Source of the DNA: Trichomonas gallinae
Lineage: Eukaryota
Reading direction: 5' to 3'
Assembly: GCA_008369845.1 (NCBI GenBank)
Contig: MRSU01007882.1
Coordinates: 1-35,244, forward strand
Length of the DNA stretch: 35,244 nucleotides
In this document: positions 9,979 through 19,266 of the stretch, piece by piece
Layout: every line of letters begins with the position of its first letter
How positions within the stretch are numbered: the first letter of the stretch is position 1
Translations under genes and position numbers: made by a program
Notes under the pieces: model-generated
The model's input: the letters and a program-made list of their open reading frames with translations, nothing else
Database searches by the model: none
What the model was told of the DNA's origin: nothing

Positions 9979-12369
9979 TTAGATATCAATGGTGAAGAGT
10001 GATGCTGTGAGCTTGTTGAGAGCATCATTCATCTCCCCAATCTGGCTGCGTGAGAGCTGTGCTGCAAACTGATCCTGAAGCCATCCAACGAGGTGCTGAA
10101 CATTTAGATGCGCTTTGATATAAATCGACGCAAGTTCGCAGAGGAGCTTGCTGACTGTTACTGCCCACTGTGCGTCAACTTTGTCAAGGATGACACCATC
10201 TTTATGCATCTCTATCCTGGAGCAAGCGGAAATTACAGCGGCGCCGATCTTCGCGTTTCTCGTGTGGCTGTAAGCAATCATAAGACTTAGTATTGTTGGG
10301 AATCTGATTAGGCTGAAAGTTTTGACGCCATTGCATAACTCTGTGGCCAGTTGGTCAGTCAGCTTCACGTTCTTTGCGAACTCTTTCGTCAAAGCGATCG
10401 GAAACTCCTTGTTCAAAACTGTTATGAATCTTTTCGGCAAGCGAATTAAATGCGAAATGAACCAGCCGAGGGATTCCCTATCTATCCTTGAGTCAGCGAG
10501 CTTCTCTATTGCGTCAATCAGTAAAACAATGACTGCCATTTCCTCCACGTTTTCGTCAGCCTGAATAACATCCAGGCAGCATGTCAATGCGATCTTAAAC
10601 GAGTTCTTCTGGTGGAGGACAGAATCGGGCAGAGAAAACAAAAACTGAAGATTGGAGAGTCGCATTGGCGCGCCGAGATTTAATAGCGTGGCCAGTACGA
10701 AGTCGAAACTTGAAATAAAATGGCTTATCCTCCATTCGTAGAATAACTCGTCCGAAATATCATCTTTGTGCAGCTTCAAATCTTCGAGAACTTCTCTCGG
10801 ATGTCGAGAAACCTTTATATCGTCCATTGTCAGCGACAAAAACTCTTCGTCCGCGCTGAATGGGAAACACTGGCGAAGGATCTCGCAGAATGCAAAGAAA
10901 ACAAGATACTTGTGGCAAGCAGAAAGAATCAATCTCACAGGAATATGTTGTAAAAGTGATTTTCTACGCGGAGAGTTCAAGAGCATGACCATAATGCATG
11001 CTGCAGTGGCTGGTGCTGCGTTTTCTCTGATCTTTTGGACGTCAAAGAATGGTTTATCTGATACAATTTCAGCAATAATATCTGGAAGCCTGTCTGACTG
11101 TGCATATGATAACATGAACTTGTTTATCGACTCCATGTCACTAGGAGTAACTTCTTCGAGACATTCGATTGCTTTTGCGATTTGAATTTGAAGATCTAGT
11201 GAAGTTGCTTGAATAATTGTGCTTCCTATCATCATCAATGACTTTGGATGACCAACGCAATACTTGAAAACGTTATCAGCTATATTTGCTTTCGTGGTGA
11301 TTTCGTGATAAAAAGTTCCTTTTGATACACTTGTGAAACTTTGGCCGAGGTTGGATGAAATCCACTGAGCAACTTGATCTGTGTTGTTGAAATACAATGT
11401 TGAAAAGAACAACATCAAATCAATAAAATATTCTTTCTTAGAACACATGTGGTCGATTACAACATTGATGTAGTTGGAGGGAAACAGGTGTAAATAGAAG
11501 AAAAGCGAGCAGAGAAGCTTTGAATCCGTGCATTTCAGCATAACTTTAATTTCTGTTTCTGTAATTGTCCTGAGACATGCGCACATGCGTGCAATACACA
11601 AGAAGTAGGCTCTTGTGTTGCAATTAATCTTCAAAAGCTGGTCAATTGCTTCTCTCAATGGCATAAAGTTGCAACCGAATTTCTGGAGCAGCAAACTTGA
11701 AGAATTGTTACCGAAATAGTGCACATATAGAATTGAAAGTGTTTTAGGTTCAATATTTAATTGTGGTAATAAAATTGGTCTCAATTGTGGCGAAAGAACG
11801 GCTAAAAACGTTTTAAGGAATGGATCCGGTAGTATCCGGAATAGTGGTGTGATAAAATGCGGAAATGCAAAACATGTTGATAAAATCGCGTGCTCATTCA
11901 TATCTTTTAACACGTTGATAAATGTTTTAAATGGAAATTCTGACTTAAATCTGTTGTATAAAATCGGAAATACGTCAGCCAAATATCTTGCGTATGCATG
12001 GAAGTGAAATAGCTCGACTTTTTCACCATTTGTTTGCCTTTCTAGATCCCTCTTTAAGTATGCGAGCTTTTGGCCGTCTGGTAATGAATCGATATTTTGT
12101 GGTGGAGATTGTGAATCATCGATGCGTTCTAAGCCTGATTGAAATACAGATATCATTGCTGAAACTCTAAAAGATGGTTTAGATCGTATTTTTGCGAAAA
12201 TATGTCGAAAATCTTTTGCATTTAGAACTAAAAATGGTAAAGTAATGTCAAGATCAAGGTCTTCTTCGTTCTGAATCTGATTTACTTGTCCTCCATGAAG
12301 CATTTCGAACAAATTCGAAAGCTTTGTACATCTTTGGATAAACTTGTTAGAATCAAAATTAGCATTCAT
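9979..12369 (-). CDS. INTS2: Alpha-solenoid protein, probable divergent Integrator complex subunit 2, 796 aa
   Basis: Collinear resemblance to remembered INTS2 motifs: LDITLPFLV; VELFHFHAYARYLADVFPIL (cf. SELFESPVYLEEAADVLCIL); DLMLFFSTLYFNNTDQVAQWISSNLG (cf. EMLLLVAMYFHSNQLSAIIDLVCSTLG); LLQHIPVRLIL (cf. LMDQIPIKFLI). The CDS itself is near-certain; the identity is an inference. Confidence 0.68.
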   Translation of the reverse strand: MNANFDSNKFIQRCTKLSNLFEMLHGGQVNQIQNEEDLDLDITLPFLVLNAKDFRHIFAKIRSKPSFRVSAMISVFQSGLERIDDSQSPPQNIDSLPDGQKLAYLKRDLERQTNGEKVELFHFHAYARYLADVFPILYNRFKSEFPFKTFINVLKDMNEHAILSTCFAFPHFITPLFRILPDPFLKTFLAVLSPQLRPILLPQLNIEPKTLSILYVHYFGNNSSSLLLQKFGCNFMPLREAIDQLLKINCNTRAYFLCIARMCACLRTITETEIKVMLKCTDSKLLCSLFFYLHLFPSNYINVVIDHMCSKKEYFIDLMLFFSTLYFNNTDQVAQWISSNLGQSFTSVSKGTFYHEITTKANIADNVFKYCVGHPKSLMMIGSTIIQATSLDLQIQIAKAIECLEEVTPSDMESINKFMLSYAQSDRLPDIIAEIVSDKPFFDVQKIRENAAPATAACIMVMLLNSPRRKSLLQHIPVRLILSACHKYLVFFAFCEILRQCFPFSADEEFLSLTMDDIKVSRHPREVLEDLKLHKDDISDELFYEWRISHFISSFDFVLATLLNLGAPMRLSNLQFLFSLPDSVLHQKNSFKIALTCCLDVIQADENVEEMAVIVLLIDAIEKLADSRIDRESLGWFISHLIRLPKRFITVLNKEFPIALTKEFAKNVKLTDQLATELCNGVKTFSLIRFPTILSLMIAYSHTRNAKIGAAVISACSRIEMHKDGVILDKVDAQWAVTVSKLLCELASIYIKAHLNVQHLVGWLQDQFAAQLSRSQIGEMNDALNKLTASLFTIDI

Positions 12370-12638
12370 TTATTATGACTTTTCTAATTCATATTTAAAC
12401 ACACAAAGAACACTAGAAACACATTTTTGACTCAAATACATCCAAATCCCATTTTTCATAATATTTAATTTATAAAATATCATTTTTTTCCTAGTTTCAA
12501 TATTGCATTAGATATAAGTTGTCATAAAACTCAATTTCCCATGTAATTTAACTATTTTTTATAGAATTCAATAAATCTATTTTTAATCAATAACACATTT
12601 GAAGTTATATATATTTTCATGTGAAATCTATAATTTTG

Positions 12639-13170
12639 TTATTCAACAATTTTGTCGCCGAGGCACATTAAGAAAGCTGCGCATTACTTGTGGGAAAGTT
12701 GCTCGTAAAACTTTGCTTATATTGCAGCGGAGAGAGCGAAGCAGCACGAAACACCAGACCAACGAGCAATGAAGGCCTTCTGTCCTGCACCTTCGCACGA
12801 TGGGAGGAAGCCTTCGTGAATAGAAAGCTCGCGAAATCTGTCTGAATCTGTGTGCTTGAATTTTTGCTGGTCGACTTGCTTCAGCTTCTGTTTTAGTATT
12901 TTGTTGAGGATGCAGACCTCTGCTATTTGTAGAAGGTTGTTGTCGAGTGAAGACTTGACTTCCTGTATCTCTTTGAGGAATTTTGATAACGATCTCCTCC
13001 AATTGCAAGGAATTGGCAATGTTACAAGGAATTTTTCGTCGTTATCAAGCACTCTTTCGCGTGATTGAACTTCCCTCATAGCAAGTGTGACCAGTCCACA
13101 GTTTGTTCCGCTAAAGCAAATGGACCAAGCGTGATCACCTGTCATTGAGCGAGTTTTTACCGCCGGTCCG
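12639..13170 (-). pseudogene. 5'-truncated gene remnant with two in-frame stops, abutting the mariner fragment
   Basis: Coding-like GC content. One frame reads NGPAVKTRSMTGDHAWSICFS...FALSAAI*AKFYEQLSHK*CAAFLMCLGDKIVE*. The upstream part of ORF 12717..13298 is merely antisense to the transposase. Confidence 0.6.
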
Positions 13171-13671
13171 TTAACAAGTAATGATCTGAGATTCAATTTC
13201 AATAAATGTAAAATATTTAAGTGAAGGAAAAAATGTAAATCGAGAGTTCTGGAGTGATTGAAGAGGCCAAAATGCACAAGAAGAAATTTTACATCCACAT
13301 GGAAAATTCAAGAGTTCACACCTCAAAATTGATACAATCAAAAATCTGGTCTCTCGGCCTAGGAGTACTTCCTCATCCTCCTTATTCACCAGATATAGCA
13401 CCTAGAGACTTTTATCTATTTGGTACCCTCAAAAATGCGGCAAAAGGACATACATTTGGTACTAAGGAGCGTCTTAAATATTTTGTCAGTCAAAAATTTG
13501 TTGAAATTATCACGGACGAACTAATGAACATTTTTCGGGCTTGGATCGCAAGAATAGAGTCCATCATTAAAAATGGAGGGGGTTATTGTTAATAACATTT
13601 ATATAGGAATATGTTACTAGTTTCTATCTATTTCACAACTTCAGATACTAAAGAGGTTTCTCGACACCATA
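13171..13671 (+). mobile_element. Truncated mariner (Tc1/mariner, DD34D class) element: 3' half of transposase plus a candidate right TIR
   Basis: VMI*DS...KYLSEGKNVNREFW (13178-13252; cf. WWD....L..GETVN). After a frameshift or deletion: IHMENSRVH...LPHPPYSPDIAPRDFYLF...IKNGGGY, with exactly 34 residues between the E (normally D) and the final D. Terminus 13646-13671 reads TATGGTGTCGAGAAACCTCTTTAGTA on the minus strand, flanked by TA at 13672-13673. No left TIR found. Confidence 0.9.
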
Positions 13672-13689
13672 TATCAAAATTTCATTTTT

Positions 13690-13983
13690 TATAGATATTC
13701 GCTAATCGCGCTGCAAAGTACAAATAGAAAGAATGGTACATAAGCGCAGATTGTCCATTTCTACTCAAGTAATATCTCATTTATTCTTGACAAAACAACT
13801 GCCTTGAACAATTCTTTGATTTTCGTGAGATTATTTGAAATTTAGAAAAACATTGCATATCGAATAATTTTCGACACCATTAGATCACAAATGATATGCA
13901 TTTCGAGAATCCTTCAAGTTACAAATAGACAAGTGGCATTCGCTCTAGGAAGGAATGAACGAGTATTTCAGCGTTAAAGACAT
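13690..13983 (-). pseudogene. Possible decayed coding remnant, perhaps the 5' part of the gene interrupted by the mariner
   Basis: ATG at 13983 (MSLTLKYSFI). Another frame reads MHIICDLMVSKIIRYAMFF*ISNNLTKIKELFKAVVLSRINEILLE*KWTICAYVPFFLFVLCSAISEYL*. Confidence 0.3.
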
Positions 13984-14089
13984 GTGTGTTTAAAATATTG
14001 CTTTTTTAAAAGGATTCATTTTATTTTCAAATATTATTATAGATAACTGTATGATTTTAACATATAATATTTTAATGTTCAAAACAAAC

Positions 14090-17000
14090 TTATAATTCCT
14101 TGAAAAATCCATCAATTTCACGATTAAGTTGAGGGATTCTTGTTCCAAGATATTTATCAGACTTATCAGCAGATCTAACGTGTGCCAATGCATACTTTGC
14201 CTGCTTCCTCTTCATGAAATTCGCATTAAACAACGTTTCCTGAGGAAGTGTCAAAAATTGAATCTTGAGTTGTATAATGTTCATGTATTCTTCATCACCG
14301 TATCCCATAGTATTCTTTGCGCGTGCTTTTGTTGTCATAAGATCCAAATAAACTTCTGGACCGCCTTGTTCAATATATGCAGAAACACAGAAGCAGATGA
14401 GAGCAGGAGAATGATATGGTCTCCCGAGTCTCATTGTTTTCAACATCCACGAATTGATTGGATTAGTTTTCTTGTTGTCGTTGCTTTCTATGGCGCAGAC
14501 CGAAGCATTCTTCCAGTCAACCCTTGATAATCTGGTCGCATCTCCTCTAAACACTAAAGCTTCGTCAGCGAAAATGACTTTGTCAATATTCGACGACAAA
14601 ATCATACCTGGATAATAATATTTCGCAGTTTTCACAAACATAAGATTCGATGTTGGCTTCGGCGAAAAGTGAGGCACGAAATTCGGCAGGAAAATTGTTG
14701 TTATATCATGCGGCGCGACAATTGATACGAATGGATCAATAAGTAGCAATGGACATGAGCGTGACACGTTTGCGTAGAAAGTATAAATAGGCCACTTCGC
14801 GCGCCAGTATGAATCAGGGTACCACATGAACATGTACAAGCCAGAATTGTCATTTCTTGGAACTCTGTCGACTGGCTTTCCTGGTCTATAGATTTTCAGA
14901 GTCGGAACGAAACTGTCTACATAGAAAAGATTGTCTTCGAATCCTTGGCATGAATGCGAGCCCGGAGGAAGAACAGCAGCGAAATATCCATCTGACAACG
15001 GCTTCCTGTACTCAGGGCCAATCCTTATCATAGATGAATTCACGTAACCTGTCACAGCAATTCCAGGAACTGTCCATTTTCCATTGACGTGTCTTAATTC
15101 CCATGATTGTGGTCTATCAATTCCTATATTATGTGAATTATCAAAGCTGACAACTCCTGAGCCAAAGGCGCTATAAAATCTGCCTGAAGATATTTGTCTG
15201 TCGTTTTCCGGACTCGTTGCAACAGCTGACGGATAAAACTCGACGCCAACTGATTCGACTTGTGCAAGCATTCTCATTACTCCTATCATTGGCCAGATCG
15301 TTCTATAACCAGGATTTGCAATCAAGCGAAAGTTTACTTGGCCTTGTCTACTCATTATTACTGATTTCTGATTCACTGGCGGTCTATTCGCTCTCTTTCT
15401 CTTAGCGAAGTCTTCTTCTGCCCTGAATATTTCGATGAAGTGTCTCTGTTTGATGTTACCGAAGTTGAGATTGTGATGGTAAGTGTAATTAGTCCTTGTT
15501 GCGCAGTATTCAATCTGTTCTGGAGTCAGTTCTTCATCGAAAACAAATGGACCGACAATTGTTTTAACATTTTGCCCAAATAACTTTTTCACGTGTTCAT
15601 CAACACTTTCTTTATAATTCGTCATAGCGTGTGAACAGTTTGTATCATTGATTTTATATCCGATAGTGAAAACAGAAACCTTCGATGAATTTATTTGGTC
15701 TTCAGGAATATTTTGAACGCCATTATATAATGAATCAATTGCGTTTTCAACAACGCCGGCGTTTTTGTCTGATATTGTTATTCTGTTGCTTGCTGTGATT
15801 TCTATTGGAATTGTTGTTTCTATTTTAATGCCATCAGATGCGAACCAGTCTGGGAATGATACCTTTTCCGTATCCAATCCAAGCTTCATTGCTTGATTGA
15901 CTTGTTTTGAAACTAGCATCATCCTTTCCGTGATTTTTTCGAATAATGGATCATCATAGAAAAACTCGCCATTGACATTATATGCGAACTGTGTGATATT
16001 CCTGTCCATGCAGTATTTCCATGTGTTGTTCATTCGACTGCCAATGAATTTGTCTTCATGCAAATTTTTGATTTTTCGCCACCTTGTGTCGCACGTCGTT
16101 CTTTTATATGCTTTTTTGAGGCCCATTGTTGATGCTTCGTAGAGAAATGTTGCACCTATTCTTGCTCCTGTGTTGTCGCACACCCTCCAAAATGCGGTGG
16201 TGAATAATCTCTCGTAGGGATCTGACCAATTGCCAAACAAAAACATGTGGAATCTTGCCGGATATTGAGCATTAGCGAAATTTCTTATTGTCTCCATAAC
16301 ATAAGGAATAACTGGATTTCCAACACGCATGAATATCTGTACTTCAGCGAGGTTGTCTTTATATTTCAAAAATCCTGTGTAATCCTTACTCTGACTGAGT
16401 TTTTTCGCCCAATGCGTCAAACGATTTTTCCATTGTTCGTGATATTCTAGAATTGGAGCATGTTCGAGCATTCTTGTGACATGGTGGACTTGCCTTCCTG
16501 GTCTTTGATATAGGAAGTTCTGGTTTGTGATTCCGAAGTGTTTTATCGTATTTGATAATTTATATTCATGAAAAATAGCATGAACTACTTCCATAGCATC
16601 CAATTTAACAACCCTTCCGTTAACAGCTGCAAACTGTGTTTTTAATGGTAAATACGTCCATTTTTCAGTATCATTTCCAATACTTGCTTTATTTAACAAA
16701 TCGTAATAGCCCATGAAATTTTCTACAATTGATCCGAGTTTTTCTATCTTTTCAATGTATGAGCCATCGTTTACGGCAATTTGTAAAATTTTGAGAATTT
16801 GATTTTCGTCAACTTTTTGTCCCCATTCTCGTATTACAGCTCCCCACATGTTAAGTGTTACATTTGGACGGGGCTCTTTGACTTTTGAAATCGCGCGAGG
16901 ATTGAAATATCTCGTTTGCAATGCAAACATGAGTAAAGTGACTATTTTCGACGGTATAGCAGATGGCAAGCTGCTTATAATCTCTGTGGATGTCGCTCTC

Positions 17001-17158
17001 TGCTTTTCTTTCAAAATTGGGGCAACAATATTTAAATATTCTGGATGCAAGTATTCAAAAAATTCATAAGCTTCCTCAGATGGAAATGTGTCTCCCCATT
17101 CACCAGTTAAAATCATATCATAGCTAAACGTTAAAACTGAAAAAATGAGAAACAACAT
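14090..17158 (-). CDS. UDP-glucose:glycoprotein glucosyltransferase (UGGT/Kre5, GT24)-like ER protein with degenerate active-site motifs, 1022 aa
   Basis: Signal peptide MLFLIFSVLTFS and C-terminal FKEL. The C-terminal domain aligns with GT24: NIDKVIFADEALVFRGD, GRPYHSPAL, GDEEYMN, LTLPQETLF. Inr TCATA directly before ATG 17158. Confidence 0.82.
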   Translation of the reverse strand: MLFLIFSVLTFSYDMILTGEWGDTFPSEEAYEFFEYLHPEYLNIVAPILKEKQRATSTEIISSLPSAIPSKIVTLLMFALQTRYFNPRAISKVKEPRPNVTLNMWGAVIREWGQKVDENQILKILQIAVNDGSYIEKIEKLGSIVENFMGYYDLLNKASIGNDTEKWTYLPLKTQFAAVNGRVVKLDAMEVVHAIFHEYKLSNTIKHFGITNQNFLYQRPGRQVHHVTRMLEHAPILEYHEQWKNRLTHWAKKLSQSKDYTGFLKYKDNLAEVQIFMRVGNPVIPYVMETIRNFANAQYPARFHMFLFGNWSDPYERLFTTAFWRVCDNTGARIGATFLYEASTMGLKKAYKRTTCDTRWRKIKNLHEDKFIGSRMNNTWKYCMDRNITQFAYNVNGEFFYDDPLFEKITERMMLVSKQVNQAMKLGLDTEKVSFPDWFASDGIKIETTIPIEITASNRITISDKNAGVVENAIDSLYNGVQNIPEDQINSSKVSVFTIGYKINDTNCSHAMTNYKESVDEHVKKLFGQNVKTIVGPFVFDEELTPEQIEYCATRTNYTYHHNLNFGNIKQRHFIEIFRAEEDFAKRKRANRPPVNQKSVIMSRQGQVNFRLIANPGYRTIWPMIGVMRMLAQVESVGVEFYPSAVATSPENDRQISSGRFYSAFGSGVVSFDNSHNIGIDRPQSWELRHVNGKWTVPGIAVTGYVNSSMIRIGPEYRKPLSDGYFAAVLPPGSHSCQGFEDNLFYVDSFVPTLKIYRPGKPVDRVPRNDNSGLYMFMWYPDSYWRAKWPIYTFYANVSRSCPLLLIDPFVSIVAPHDITTIFLPNFVPHFSPKPTSNLMFVKTAKYYYPGMILSSNIDKVIFADEALVFRGDATRLSRVDWKNASVCAIESNDNKKTNPINSWMLKTMRLGRPYHSPALICFCVSAYIEQGGPEVYLDLMTTKARAKNTMGYGDEEYMNIIQLKIQFLTLPQETLFNANFMKRKQAKYALAHVRSADKSDKYLGTRIPQLNREIDGFFKEL

Positions 17159-17165
17159 TATGATT

Positions 17166-17280
17166 TCTGACTTGTAAATATTATCATTTGTCATGTAAAA
17201 TGTTATATGTCAAAAATTATTCTGACATGTAAGTACTGTTCTTGTCATGTAAATTGTAATATGTCAAATATAGTCTGACT
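17166..17280. repeat. Imperfect tandem duplication (55 bp + 53 bp + 7 bp) in the UGGT-like promoter
   Basis: TCTGACTTGTAAATATTATCATTTGTCATGTAAAATGTTATATGTCAAAAATTAT / TCTGACATGTAAGTACTGTTCTTGTCATGTAAATTGTAATATGTCAAATATAG / TCTGACT. Confidence 0.85.
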
Positions 17281-17726
17281 ATCAATTAGTTATTTATAAT
17301 AGAGTATGAGCAAAAAGTCGAAGACGCCGCAAAAATTTGTAGACACATGACCTACAGTAGACGAAAACTTGGAAATAGATTGCGTATAAATTATTATCCC
17401 GATGGGATCTTTCCAAATTGAGTCAATATGTCTGTAAGGATCATATGATAGAAAATCTCAAACTATTATATGAAATTCATAGAAAAACAATCACAAAAAA
17501 AATGTTTGTAAAGTTACAAAATTTGAATAATTGTAAAGTGTAAATGTCAAAATTTTATAAATTGAATGTGTGTAAAATGAAAATGTCAAAAAAATATTTT
17601 TCGATGATTTTCATAAAACCGCATTGTAAATATGATATAATTACCAAATATTTATAAAATAGCCAAAAATGAGAAATTGAAAGTAAAATTGAAAAGGTCT
17701 GTTTGCAATTTGTGGAGTTTGGTCGG

Positions 17727-17731
17727 CCTTT
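17727..17731 (+). promoter_or_regulatory. M5-type (CCTTT) alternative initiator
   Basis: CCTTT ends 5 nt before the ribosomal-protein ATG and there is no proximal Inr; M5 is the known alternative initiator of T. vaginalis ribosomal protein genes. Confidence 0.7.
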
Positions 17732-17736
17732 TTGAA

Positions 17737-18045
17737 ATGTCTGATCAGGTCAAGCTCTTCGTTCCAGCTACTTTCGTCTCCTTCCGCCGCTCCAAGCGCA
17801 TTATCAAGCCAAATCAGGCTCTCCTTGAAATTCAGGGTGTTGTCTCCAAGGAGGAGGCTCAGTTCTATGCTGGCAAGAAGGTTGCCTCTGTCTGGAAGTT
17901 CGACAAGCAGGAGTTCATCAACTGGGGTGTCATCACACAGCCACACGGCAACTCTGGTGTTGTCCGCGCTAAGTTTGAGAAGAATCTCCCACCACAGATG
18001 CTCGGCAAGCAAGTTCGCGTTATGCTTTTCCCAAGCACAATTTAA
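17737..18045 (+). CDS. RPL35A: 60S ribosomal protein L35a (eL33), 102 aa
   Basis: FRRSKR...ALLEIQGV..KEEAQFYAGKKVA, WGVITQPHGNSGVVRAKF..NLPP..LG..VRVMLFPS. Strong codon bias. True ATG is 17737. Confidence 0.97.
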   Translation: MSDQVKLFVPATFVSFRRSKRIIKPNQALLEIQGVVSKEEAQFYAGKKVASVWKFDKQEFINWGVITQPHGNSGVVRAKFEKNLPPQMLGKQVRVMLFPSTI

Positions 18046-18098
18046 ACATATGGTAACTTGATTTAGCAAAATTACTTAATACAAATTCAGCTTTTTTT
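18043..18098 (+). terminator. Trichomonad-type polyadenylation signal set
   Basis: TAAA overlapping the stop (18043-18046), CAAAATT cleavage-like motif (18067-18073), downstream T-run (18092-18098). Confidence 0.55.
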
Positions 18099-18234
18099 AA
18101 TAAGACAAAAAAATATTATTTCAAAATTGTTGAAATAACACCAGAAAGTCTATATAGCATATATACAGATAATAAATAACACATAAGATTTATTTAAGCA
18201 TGAATAAGAAAATATAAAACCAATTGAGAATTGA

Positions 18235-19266
18235 TTATTCGATTTCAAGAGGTCCAAGGTTGACTTCTTGCATTGTGGTGCTTCTCGCACAGCAATAAAC
18301 AACAATTGTGATAATAAATAACAAAAGAAACAGGCAAGCGAACACTATGCCTGCGATTTCCATTGCAAAACTGCGATATACGCCATCATCTGCGTGGCAG
18401 TACTTTGCACTCACGAATTTTAATTTATATGAATTTATTTGTTCTGTTATTTTTGTTTCCCCGTTAAAAACTATCGCGCTTGAATTGAAATTGGGATGTA
18501 TATAAATATCGCTAACATTTACACCAATTTGCAATATATTTGAATCTAAATCAAATAATTTGCAAGCAACATCTGTTAAGAAAATAACGTTATTGAGTAC
18601 CACACTGTCGAGATTAGAAAATGAAATGAGGGTCGAGTTCTCATTAATGGTATTTGCTATGAAATTTGAATAACTCATAAAGAAATGGCTTCTCGATGCT
18701 GTAAATAGTAAATCATTGCATTTGTTGTTAATGAATGTATTGAAACTGCAGAAAATTTGGGTTGTTCCCATGAGATTTGGGCAAACTTTCGATGTAGCTT
18801 CATTTAATGAAAAGTTTGTTCCATCCATTGTAACTGTTCCATAGTTCATTACTAACGTATCTGTTCCAGAAGATTTACATTTAGAAAAAGTTGTAAAATT
18901 AATATAATTTTGATGAATTCCATTTCTTTGGGTTTGAATATCGTATCCACTGCATTGTGTATAAGCATTGCATTCCGCTATGCAATTCCTTGTTGAAAAG
19001 AAGAGCGAATCAAAAGCTGAATTAAAATAAATTGCGCCACCGTCAAGAGAAACGCATTTGTAGAATGTCGAATCTAATACGTGTAGATTTACTGAATCTT
19101 GATTTACGCAAGAAATTGCTCCACCTGAAGTATAAGAAGTAATATCTTTGAAAGAAGCAACATTAATGAAGTATTCAGTGCTAGTAGTCAAAGTTTGTTT
19201 CTTTTTGGTAAACAGAATTTCCTCGGTGCTTTGGTGGAGTCTTATCAAGGAAAATCTGAAAATCAT
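18235..19266 (-). CDS. Pmp-like (polymorphic membrane protein, GGAI repeat) type I surface protein, 343 aa
   Basis: SGGAISC and DGGAIYF with FxxC/FxxN beta-helix repeats; TM helix IAGIVFACLFLLLFIITIVVY followed by CC and a short tail; Inr TCATT just upstream of the ATG. Confidence 0.78.
   Translation of the reverse strand: MIFRFSLIRLHQSTEEILFTKKKQTLTTSTEYFINVASFKDITSYTSGGAISCVNQDSVNLHVLDSTFYKCVSLDGGAIYFNSAFDSLFFSTRNCIAECNAYTQCSGYDIQTQRNGIHQNYINFTTFSKCKSSGTDTLVMNYGTVTMDGTNFSLNEATSKVCPNLMGTTQIFCSFNTFINNKCNDLLFTASRSHFFMSYSNFIANTINENSTLISFSNLDSVVLNNVIFLTDVACKLFDLDSNILQIGVNVSDIYIHPNFNSSAIVFNGETKITEQINSYKLKFVSAKYCHADDGVYRSFAMEIAGIVFACLFLLLFIITIVVYCCARSTTMQEVNLGPLEIE

Noticed and set aside
12639..12720. 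In-frame TAA codons as evidence of stop-codon reassignment
   Set aside because: Most intact genes in the window end in TAA, so the standard code applies and these are pseudogene lesions.
12643..13008. Alternative frame resembling an R-SNARE (EIQEVKSSLDNNL / RG..KTE / FRQISR) or a p24 tail
   Set aside because: It requires an ad hoc frameshift and the spacing is off. The single main frame continues plausibly through two stops, so the family is left unassigned.
13871..13880. TCGACACCAT, repeating part of the mariner terminus
   Set aside because: Only 10 bp, in the same orientation as the right end, so it cannot be the partner TIR.
17307..17450. Short ATG-initiated frame (MSKKSKTPQKFVDT*...) and an ATCCC/GGGAT hairpin
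   Set aside because: Several stops, no recognisable family and no snoRNA boxes.
17641..18069. Antisense and alternate-frame ORFs over RPL35A, and similar shadow ORFs inside other large genes
   Set aside because: Explained by codon bias of the real gene; no motifs.
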